DNA of 64,000 nucleotides. It comes from Bacteroidales bacterium. GTDB taxonomy: Bacteria > Bacteroidota > Bacteroidia > Bacteroidales > G3-4614. The notes beneath the pieces are model-generated. The model saw only the letters and a program-made list of their open reading frames with translations. It did no database searches and had not been told where the DNA came from. The DNA lies in contig JAFXDI010000051.1 of assembly GCA_017521245.1 (NCBI GenBank), positions 24,162-88,161 on the forward strand. The letters are read 5' to 3'. Shown here piece after piece: positions 8,885 through 17,167 of this stretch (position 1 is the first letter of the stretch; the number at the start of each line of letters is the position of its first letter). The translations under genes and the position numbers were made by a program.

Positions 8885-8917
8885 GAATCCCCAAAGTTTG
8901 GACAACCTTTGGGATTC
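8885..8917 (+). other. Imperfect inverted repeat / hairpin at the left edge of the low-GC island
   Basis: gaatccccaaag (8885-8896) pairs with ctttgggattc (8907-8917) around a 10-nt loop. It lies upstream of the putative promoter of the giant ORF. Confidence 0.5.
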
Positions 8918-8942
8918 GTTTCATATTTATGTAAATTTTTGT

Positions 8943-8950
8943 TAATTTTG
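8943..8950 (+). promoter_or_regulatory. Candidate -7 box (TAnnTTTG) for the giant ORF
   Basis: taattttg matches TAnnTTTG, about 94 nt upstream of ATG 9044, in a very AT-rich spacer. Confidence 0.3.
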
Positions 8951-9043
8951 CAACAACATACTATTACAGCATAACACCATCGTTAGGCTTATAGCTATAT
9001 ATCATGTATATTCTTTTGACCCTTTTGTAAATTTTATGTAATA

Positions 9044-12000
9044 ATGAATATCTTCAAGACTTTTATCGCTTCGTCTCTCAAAGGAGAATTTTTAAATATA
9101 AGAGAGAAATTTGCTAATGCACTTTGTTCTCTCAATAAAGATACGGAACTTGCCCCCCTGAATTTCAGTACATATAGGTTTGAAGAAGATGGCTCCAATG
9201 TTATCAATTGTGAGGGGTCGCAGAACAAAATCAATATGAAGATTGAGGAGTGTCAAGCTTTTGTAGTTATATGTAACTCAAATATTGGGAAAAAGACGGT
9301 GGAGGAGTTCCGGAGAGCACAAGAAAGGTGCAAAAGATTCCTTAATCCAACATTTATCATGGTATTGAAGCAGAGAGAGAATGTTCCTTGTGGTGAAAAT
9401 CAGATTACTTATGATAAGTTCAAGGAAGAATACCTAAAAATCTCCAGTTACAATAATGATGGTAGCATAAACAATGATTATACTATATACGAGTATGAGT
9501 TTGATGAAATAAAAGATGCTACAGATAAACTCAAGAAAGACCTTAAAGAGTGGATTACCCAAAATGACCATCGTCCACTATTTAAGGCTGAACTTGGAGT
9601 AGACGTCACTCCCTCTTTTCTTTATAAGGATGAGAGTAGGAAGGAAAAGTGTGATGAGAAAATGTATTTTAAGAGGGACTTTGATGATAAGCTCGATCAG
9701 GCGTTGATGTCAGATGAACCAGTGATTCAGATTAAAGGTGCATCGTTGTCTGGTAAGACTCGCGCGTTGTATCAGGCCATCAAGAATATTCCCGATGCTT
9801 GGTTTTACAAATTCAAGGAGCGTCATGTTGAGACAAAGCTTATTGCCGAAATAAATGAGATTGTCAACTATATTAGACCATCAAAGTGTGCTTCTCCTTT
9901 GTATCTTATATTTGATGATATTCATCAAATGCCTTCGACAGAAAATGTAAAATATGCATTGGAAGAACTGCTTGATGCTATCAAGAACAAGAATATACAT
10001 ATCATAACAACATCTACTTCTTCTGACAATATATTGTTAAGGGCTGAGAAGATCATAACAATAAAGTCATTGACAAGAAAGGAGCATAATGAGGCGGAGT
10101 TGTTCTTCAAACGTCATGGATTGACGGTAGAAAAAGGGTATCAGGAAGTAGGTGCTATGATAATTGACCTAAAAGAGATAAAAAATAATTACGAAATTTT
10201 TAGGTCAAATTCCAGGACAAATGAGAAACCTGTAAGAGAATGTCTGCTTTATGCAATAAAGGCAATGTCAATATGGCACAGTCTCAATATTGGAAATGTT
10301 GAAGAATTGTTCGAACTATCGAAATACATGCTTAAGAAAGAGGGCTATACTCAGGAGAATGAGACAAAGACAATGCTGTATGAAAGTATTAATTCTTTGC
10401 TAACACTGCCAGGAATAAGTCAAGATGGAAATGATGAGTTTAATGTATCCACATTCCATAAACTTCCCAAGTATATCAATATAGAGGAATATATATACCG
10501 TTATGTACTTGATAAGCTTACACTTAAAAAAGAACAGGAGATGATAAACTCTATTCTTGGTTATGTATCAAAGAAAAAAGATGAATCTATAATAGTTACT
10601 TTGTCCAAATTATCCCGACGTACCGAAAATAGGAAGGAGATAGCACAAAGTATTTATGACATGGTTATGGGTATATACCATAAAGAGGAAAGTCCCATTC
10701 CCGATACCTGTACAAAAGAATGGAGAGAAAAACTCAATAAGGAAATAATACAAAAACTCAATGAGGAAATAAGACAAATAGAGGAAGAGGTTACTAATAA
10801 TGATAAGAAAAGCAATGAGGAGTGTTCTGAATTGTGTATATATATGGCCAAGATTATATGGTCAAGAATGCTCTATATTGAATCTTATGATGAGGCTAAA
10901 GCTTTTTTTTATGCTGTACCGTATCCACTCCAGAGTTTACCTATGCTGGGGGTTTTAATAGTGAAGTCTTCGGGCAATCTGGAAGAACTTCAGAGGATAA
11001 TGGATAGAGATAATGTTAAAAACTCATTCTATATTATCAATAAACTGATTCCTTTTGCAACTGATTTTGATGAGGCCAATGAGTTATTAGAAAAAGGCAA
11101 ATTGCTATATACGAGTGATGACGATTATTTGGAATCATCAGATAGCCTCAGAACTCTTGTGAAAGATAAGAAGAACAATGCTGATGAGTGGAAAAGATTG
11201 AAGATAAAGGATATTGATAGATATAATTTTATCTGTGCTTTGAATAGTCTTGCCGAGAAAGTAGGGAGTTTTGATGATTTGGAGAAATTGGCTGAAGTAA
11301 TAAGAAAAAATTATGTGTTGCTTCTTGATGATCTAGATCTCGCTGAACGCTTCAAATCTGAAACAGATAACTACTCCAGAGATAAACTGACAATAATAGA
11401 CCTCATATCACGTCTGAACTTTTACGCTATCCGAGCGGCTTTCATAAATATCTTCTCATGGGGCAATTATGTTCCGTTTGAGTTATATAATCTCACCAAT
11501 AGAATAATAGAGGAGTTTATAAAGACATCAAACCTTTATACTCCTAGATATAAGTCTAAACATACAGTCTGTACAATATTTAATACGTTTATTGAGAAAT
11601 GTCATAATTGTTCATACAAGGAGGTATTTAAGGAGATTTTTCTCAAAATGAATGTACAGATGGGCAAGAAAATAATAAATCTTAGCGACTCTTTCACATA
11701 TAGCGTAATGATGAGGATGAAAGATTGCAAGTACATGGACGCTTTGGATCTATACTATAATTTCATAAAACCGCATAGCAAAGAACCAGATAGTCGTTTG
11801 AGGATTACACATTTCATGCTTAACGAGATTCTTAATAAGGTTAACACTCCCTCTGAGTTTAACAAGATAAGCAGACTCTTTGATGAGAATGATGTCTCTA
11901 AAGACGTGATTACATATAATCTGGCTATGCGTAACCTTAGTTATAAGGTATGTGTAAAGAAGATACTTCCACAGATGTGTAAGGATAATATTGAGATTGA

Positions 12001-15000
12001 TATATATACACTAGGAACACTTATATCAAAAGCTCCTAATGTGAAAGTTGCAGCAGGTTACTTCTATCCGTTGTTGGAAATTGGCATTAGAGCTGAAAGC
12101 AATATGATCGATAATACAGATGTTAAGAATAAACTAAAAGAAAAAATTGAAGACTATACAAAAAATCTACCTCTTGAAGAGCAGCATTATCTTTGGTCTG
12201 CTTTGGTGGGAACGCCCTGTAGGAATGATGAGGATAGAGAAGTACTTTTCCGTATTCTTGAATACATGGAAGATCCTAATAACAAAACACACATATTAGG
12301 TGAACATGATAACGGTATAATATATAATAACTGTATTAAGAATAGAAGCTTTATTCGCAATTTTGAGGAGGCTAAAAATTTTATGTCTTCAAAAAGAATA
12401 AAATCTGATAAATATACTCTAACGCATCTGATAAAGATTATAGAAGACGATTATAATAATTCAGGTGATTACGTACAGAAGATAACCTGTATAAATGATT
12501 TGTATCGTAAAAATAAAGAAATGATTCAATCTGAAATAGAGAAAAACAATACATATATATACAATAATCGTCTAAGGTTTTATAGATCACATGCGGATAA
12601 ATTGCAATTTGTTTTCATATTAGGTAACGGCACAACGAAAACAAAAAAACTTACACCAATGGAGTATCTAGAGTATCTGCATAATAACAATTTACCCATA
12701 GATCAATACACTTTCAGCCTTTTTGCTGGTATTAAGGATGGACAGTCTGTTGAATTGCTTGAAAACCTTATTAAATTCATAAATGAAAAAAATGAAAATG
12801 ACCTCTTTGTAAACCATTCTGCTATCGATTCTATTGTAGAAAGATTCAAGAATGTTATTCCAGAGGATAAACGTATAGATTTGCTAGAGAAAATATATGA
12901 TCTGCCAGTAAAGGATAATATCATCTCAGATGGGAAAGCAATCGTTAAGAAGTATTCTCTCGGCTTGTATACCCTAGAAAATGCATTTGATAAGATACCT
13001 GGGAATAATACTGAAAAGTTATATCTTTACACACAAATCCTCACGCAGTACAGGAAGTTTGCACTTGACTCAGATAAAAATGTTATATCGCCTAACGATA
13101 ACGAATATTCTTCATCTTTTTTTCGCTGTAAACAATTATATGATACATATGTGGTTGTTCAAAAAATTGTTCCCAATGTAGATATTCTTTCTGTTCTGTC
13201 TAACTTTGCGACTAATAAAAAAGAGCTTCAATCTGTATTTAATGAATTGGAAGAATACAGTCTTGCCCCGTCATCATATTTTATAACTTCAATATTACAT
13301 GTATCAAAGAACCTACAAGATGTAAAGGATTTACTTGGAACATATATAGAATATGGGGGTGCTAAACCAGGAAGACCTGGTTCAGAAAATGAGGTGGATA
13401 TAATATTGAGAGGTATCAATATTATATGGATGTCTACTAGAGACAACGAAATACATGAGAAGATCAGCGGATTAACGGACTATATTCTTTCTGATGCTGA
13501 TCATTGTGACGTCTTGAACGATTTCCCATGTTTCAAAATATACAAAGATAATGGAGGTTGTTTGACGCAAAAAGGATTGTGTGAATTGTTGAAATGTTGG
13601 CCTTATGGCTGTGACGACAAACAAACAACCAAAGATAAGTATATCGAAAGGCTTCAGTTGTTGTTAAGCCGATATTATAATCCCGATAATGATGAGATAA
13701 GACCAGCACTTGTAGAGTCCTTGTCTTTTGTATACAATAAACTTAGACTAGACCATGGTAGCCTCTTCTGTGCTCTTAAACCATATCCTAAGTTAGCCTT
13801 TGAGCTTGCTAAAGAAATCAATATTGATTATAATACATATAGTTTATTGGTTGAGAGTTGGAACAACGGATTTGACGAGATTTCTCAGAAAGATGCCATA
13901 GAGGTGCTCCTTGCAAAATTACAGTGTCTCCCAGAGGAAGTCCATAATGAGATATTTGATAGAATATTTGAAAAATGGGATGCCGGCATATCTGTAGCCG
14001 ATTTCCTTATGAGTAAGGATACAAATACTTTGCAGAACGCCATAAGGAATGTAGCCGAATACAAGGAAAATGATAAACTAAGGCAAAAATACTTGTCTGA
14101 CAAGTTTCAAAGACTTCGCTCATCAAATCAATATGACCCAGAACAGACAATTGCTCTGTTTGTGGATACTTTTGGGGAGGATCTATCCTATGCAGAATTT
14201 CTCGAGTCTGAATTGAAAAAACTGGATAAAAGCATTAGGATTTTTGATAACTTCAAACCTCTTCTTTATTCTGTTTCTGGCGAGAAAGAAAGCGTTATAA
14301 TCATATTATGCTATATGGCGGATAGGATTACTTCGTATAGTGATCTCTATTACATTATAGAGAATATATGTTCTGAAGAGGTGGATATCACAAAGGAGCT
14401 GGCTCAGAAAATAGTATCCAATTTGATGCAAAAAAAATATGATGATTACAAAATAAAATTTGTGGCCAATCAGATACTTACTGCAATTCATAATGACAGA
14501 ATTGTTTTAAATGATCTGCTGTATGTTCCGATATCTTTCCCTTATGAACAACTTCAGAGGCCTTTGAACTTGGATGAAAAAGAGAAATCTTTATACAGAC
14601 TGATATATAATCTCTCATCAGAAATGAATGGCTTATCATCAGATCAGATGATAATGCGAGCAGAGGAGCTTATATGTACCTATTATAAAGACAAAAGATC
14701 AAGTTATAAAGACAAAAGATCAAGAATAAATTCATTGGTGGTTCAAGAACTTGTTGGACTATATATACTCGCATACAATAAACAGAATGATAAGGAATCA
14801 AAGAATACCTTGTGTGAAAAGATAAGTAAAGTATTGTCTGTACCTTACTATTCCCACAAAAAAGATATTGAGAATTCTTGGTATAGCATGATAGATACAT
14901 CTGTACTTTTCTCTGACAAATGTAAAGCCAGACTTAACAATAGTGATAATTGGTATAAGGTGCCTTCAATTAACATATCCAGAATGCTTATGTCTTTCTG

Positions 15001-16759
15001 GGAGTGTGAGGATAAGGCAAAATTGGATATTGTATATTCCTCAGGTATACAGCATATTTGGTGGAATAATGCATATAAGGGTAATTTTGCGAAACTGTTT
15101 GATTGTTTCGAGTATGTTAAGTCAAAGCCAGAATCGCACTATGCGTTCATGAATAGTCTTTTTAATGAAGCTACTAACGGTAAAGATTTCATACAGGCTC
15201 TAAATATTCTTATATCTGAAGAAAAAACAAACTGTAATATTAATGTTGTTATAAAGACATTAATCAGTATAATATGTAAAGATACTAATTTGATAACGAG
15301 ACTATTGGAATACAATGAAAAACAGAGATCTAATAAGAACTATAAGTGGTATACTGATGCTAGTTTCTTTAATTTTGTATTTGAACAAAAATGTTTTGAT
15401 GAAAGTACAAACGTTAAATTACAAAAGATATTCGAGAAGAAATACATGAAAGCATTGTCAATATTCGTCTCGGAAATACATCTTAGGAAGTCTTTGTCTT
15501 CTTGTAAAATTCAACATTATCGACAACATGACCGAAAAGCTGTTGTAAATGAGGTTGACAAACTTATAGGCAATTATGTTTCTAATCATTCACGATATTT
15601 TGAAAAAGGTGGTAGAATTAATAATGGCTTGCTAATAGCCACATATATCAATACTAAAAGAAGTGCAACTTCAATAATTCAGAAGATTATGACACAGTCA
15701 TCATATAACTCTTCAATGCTACCTTCATGTGCTGGCTGTAATAATATCTTTACCGATAAGATGGATTATTATATTTTCAAGGAGTTAAGTTCAGAGATAG
15801 AAAAGAGGCGTTATCAATGGATTACGACACAGAAACTGTTGCATAAACTATTGTTGGCATGTGGTAATGATTTCGTATTGGAAGCTCCTCAATTGCTAGT
15901 ATTAGTTGCAAAGACTCTTAAAAATGCTGATGAATACCGCTGGTTCACAGAAGATTTGATGAAATTTTATTTACCTGTTACTCCAGAATTGACTATAGCA
16001 CTTATGGATGCCGTTATGATAATCCAAGAGAAAGAGAAGAAGAATTGGATATTGAAAAAGGTAGTTAGCAGATTAAGAGCATTGGCTGAGTATGAGCTTT
16101 GTTTTGCTGGAGATGTTTGTAAAGATTTCAAGGCTGGTTATTTCCTTTTAAGGCAAGAGCAGAATATTGATTTTGATAATTATTGGGCTAGACAACCCCT
16201 TCACATTAAAAGTAAAGTCTTCGATAATATGGTTAAAAAGATTAAGAATGCCAAATTCGATGAACGTATAAATGTAATCATGGATATAGATTCAATTATG
16301 CTTAGGTGTATGCTCTTGCTCAGATTTTATGTTGAGAACAAAGATCAATCAAAGAAAAATTTATCTGTTTTAAATAAAAAGATAAGTGATTGTTTTAAAG
16401 AATTGACTAACTTCCTTAATTCACCGGATACAGACGGTATGCAGATATCTTCACTCATCAGATTATTTAGACTTATGACGAAACATTCTATAAAAGTACC
16501 TAAAAATATGAGTGAATCAATGTTTCTAGGAGTGGTAAAATTCTATCGTAGGCAGACAGAGAATAAATTACTTGGAAACATTTATAAAATTCACGTTGAA
16601 TATGTACTGAATATAATCAAGTATATTTGTGATAGTAATCGTAGAAATGAGAAACCGAACTCAATAATATATTATAGGCTTTTTACAAACAACAAGGAGA
16701 AAAAAGAATTCCCTTACTTTGAATGTGATACAGAAACGCTTTATAATGCATTGAAATGA
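9044..16759 (+). CDS. Giant 2,571-aa cytoplasmic P-loop NTPase with STAND-like motif order, a TIR/DUF4062-like N-terminus and a very long helical-repeat C-terminus; family unknown
   Basis: The ORF is an uninterrupted 7,716 nt in AT-rich DNA, while every overlapping alternative-frame ORF in the track is under 80 codons. Motifs are Walker A GASLSGKT (nt 9737-9760), Walker B LYLIFDD (nt 9899-9919), then IHIITTSTS and ITIKSLTRKEHNEAELFFKRHG. No signal peptide or TM helix is apparent. Confidence 0.9.
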   Translation: MNIFKTFIASSLKGEFLNIREKFANALCSLNKDTELAPLNFSTYRFEEDGSNVINCEGSQNKINMKIEECQAFVVICNSNIGKKTVEEFRRAQERCKRFLNPTFIMVLKQRENVPCGENQITYDKFKEEYLKISSYNNDGSINNDYTIYEYEFDEIKDATDKLKKDLKEWITQNDHRPLFKAELGVDVTPSFLYKDESRKEKCDEKMYFKRDFDDKLDQALMSDEPVIQIKGASLSGKTRALYQAIKNIPDAWFYKFKERHVETKLIAEINEIVNYIRPSKCASPLYLIFDDIHQMPSTENVKYALEELLDAIKNKNIHIITTSTSSDNILLRAEKIITIKSLTRKEHNEAELFFKRHGLTVEKGYQEVGAMIIDLKEIKNNYEIFRSNSRTNEKPVRECLLYAIKAMSIWHSLNIGNVEELFELSKYMLKKEGYTQENETKTMLYESINSLLTLPGISQDGNDEFNVSTFHKLPKYINIEEYIYRYVLDKLTLKKEQEMINSILGYVSKKKDESIIVTLSKLSRRTENRKEIAQSIYDMVMGIYHKEESPIPDTCTKEWREKLNKEIIQKLNEEIRQIEEEVTNNDKKSNEECSELCIYMAKIIWSRMLYIESYDEAKAFFYAVPYPLQSLPMLGVLIVKSSGNLEELQRIMDRDNVKNSFYIINKLIPFATDFDEANELLEKGKLLYTSDDDYLESSDSLRTLVKDKKNNADEWKRLKIKDIDRYNFICALNSLAEKVGSFDDLEKLAEVIRKNYVLLLDDLDLAERFKSETDNYSRDKLTIIDLISRLNFYAIRAAFINIFSWGNYVPFELYNLTNRIIEEFIKTSNLYTPRYKSKHTVCTIFNTFIEKCHNCSYKEVFKEIFLKMNVQMGKKIINLSDSFTYSVMMRMKDCKYMDALDLYYNFIKPHSKEPDSRLRITHFMLNEILNKVNTPSEFNKISRLFDENDVSKDVITYNLAMRNLSYKVCVKKILPQMCKDNIEIDIYTLGTLISKAPNVKVAAGYFYPLLEIGIRAESNMIDNTDVKNKLKEKIEDYTKNLPLEEQHYLWSALVGTPCRNDEDREVLFRILEYMEDPNNKTHILGEHDNGIIYNNCIKNRSFIRNFEEAKNFMSSKRIKSDKYTLTHLIKIIEDDYNNSGDYVQKITCINDLYRKNKEMIQSEIEKNNTYIYNNRLRFYRSHADKLQFVFILGNGTTKTKKLTPMEYLEYLHNNNLPIDQYTFSLFAGIKDGQSVELLENLIKFINEKNENDLFVNHSAIDSIVERFKNVIPEDKRIDLLEKIYDLPVKDNIISDGKAIVKKYSLGLYTLENAFDKIPGNNTEKLYLYTQILTQYRKFALDSDKNVISPNDNEYSSSFFRCKQLYDTYVVVQKIVPNVDILSVLSNFATNKKELQSVFNELEEYSLAPSSYFITSILHVSKNLQDVKDLLGTYIEYGGAKPGRPGSENEVDIILRGINIIWMSTRDNEIHEKISGLTDYILSDADHCDVLNDFPCFKIYKDNGGCLTQKGLCELLKCWPYGCDDKQTTKDKYIERLQLLLSRYYNPDNDEIRPALVESLSFVYNKLRLDHGSLFCALKPYPKLAFELAKEINIDYNTYSLLVESWNNGFDEISQKDAIEVLLAKLQCLPEEVHNEIFDRIFEKWDAGISVADFLMSKDTNTLQNAIRNVAEYKENDKLRQKYLSDKFQRLRSSNQYDPEQTIALFVDTFGEDLSYAEFLESELKKLDKSIRIFDNFKPLLYSVSGEKESVIIILCYMADRITSYSDLYYIIENICSEEVDITKELAQKIVSNLMQKKYDDYKIKFVANQILTAIHNDRIVLNDLLYVPISFPYEQLQRPLNLDEKEKSLYRLIYNLSSEMNGLSSDQMIMRAEELICTYYKDKRSSYKDKRSRINSLVVQELVGLYILAYNKQNDKESKNTLCEKISKVLSVPYYSHKKDIENSWYSMIDTSVLFSDKCKARLNNSDNWYKVPSINISRMLMSFWECEDKAKLDIVYSSGIQHIWWNNAYKGNFAKLFDCFEYVKSKPESHYAFMNSLFNEATNGKDFIQALNILISEEKTNCNINVVIKTLISIICKDTNLITRLLEYNEKQRSNKNYKWYTDASFFNFVFEQKCFDESTNVKLQKIFEKKYMKALSIFVSEIHLRKSLSSCKIQHYRQHDRKAVVNEVDKLIGNYVSNHSRYFEKGGRINNGLLIATYINTKRSATSIIQKIMTQSSYNSSMLPSCAGCNNIFTDKMDYYIFKELSSEIEKRRYQWITTQKLLHKLLLACGNDFVLEAPQLLVLVAKTLKNADEYRWFTEDLMKFYLPVTPELTIALMDAVMIIQEKEKKNWILKKVVSRLRALAEYELCFAGDVCKDFKAGYFLLRQEQNIDFDNYWARQPLHIKSKVFDNMVKKIKNAKFDERINVIMDIDSIMLRCMLLLRFYVENKDQSKKNLSVLNKKISDCFKELTNFLNSPDTDGMQISSLIRLFRLMTKHSIKVPKNMSESMFLGVVKFYRRQTENKLLGNIYKIHVEYVLNIIKYICDSNRRNEKPNSIIYYRLFTNNKEKKEFPYFECDTETLYNALK

Positions 16760-16860
16760 TACATCTCTTTCATTTAGACTAAGGATGTCTACAATGATAC
16801 AACTATATGGGAGAGTACTTAAGGAGTGAGATGGTGAGGTGTAGTAATTCTCTACACCAC

Positions 16861-17167
16861 CTCTCTTATCCAAAGAAAATGTATGCCATAAATATGGCTG
16901 CAACTATACCAATAAAGTCGGCAATAAGACCAACTCCTGCGGCATAACGGCTGTTTTTAATACCAACCGAACCAAAATAGACGGCAAGTATATATAGTGT
17001 GGTATCGGTTGAACCCTGAATGGTAGAGGCAACACGAGCAACAAATGAATCGGCTCCGTATGTAGCCATAGCATCAACCATCATACCTCTTGCTCCACTT
17101 CCGCTAAGGGGCTTCATGAGTGCGGTGGGAATAGTTCCAACAAAGTCGGTATCAATACCACAAGCGA
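16861..17167 (-). pseudogene. 3' fragment (last ~100 codons plus stop) of a spmAB-like nucleoside-recognition membrane protein gene; duplicate of 22653-22959
   Basis: Manual alignment to 22653-22959 (offset 5,792) gives 9 mismatches in 307 bp. The last 83 codons are identical at protein level. No 5' part of the gene is present. Confidence 0.85.

Noticed and set aside
9044-16759. I considered whether the giant ORF is a secreted adhesin, a polymorphic toxin (RHS/YD, MAFB-like), an NRPS/PKS, or an assembly artefact.
   Set aside because: It has no signal peptide and no Ig/cadherin/YD-type or other beta-rich tandem repeats. It has no condensation, adenylation or KS motifs. A clean P-loop NTPase lies near the N-terminus and the rest is helical. 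The frame is intact over 7.7 kb, which an artefactual concatenation in AT-rich DNA would be very unlikely to preserve.
16661-16903. This is an 80-aa ORF starting MQPYLWHTFSLDKR, with a twin at 22474-22695.
   Set aside because: The shared N-termini are simply the antisense of the duplicated spm 3' end. Both ORFs diverge where the duplication ends, and each overlaps a better-supported gene (the giant ORF end and the AraC end). They are not real genes.
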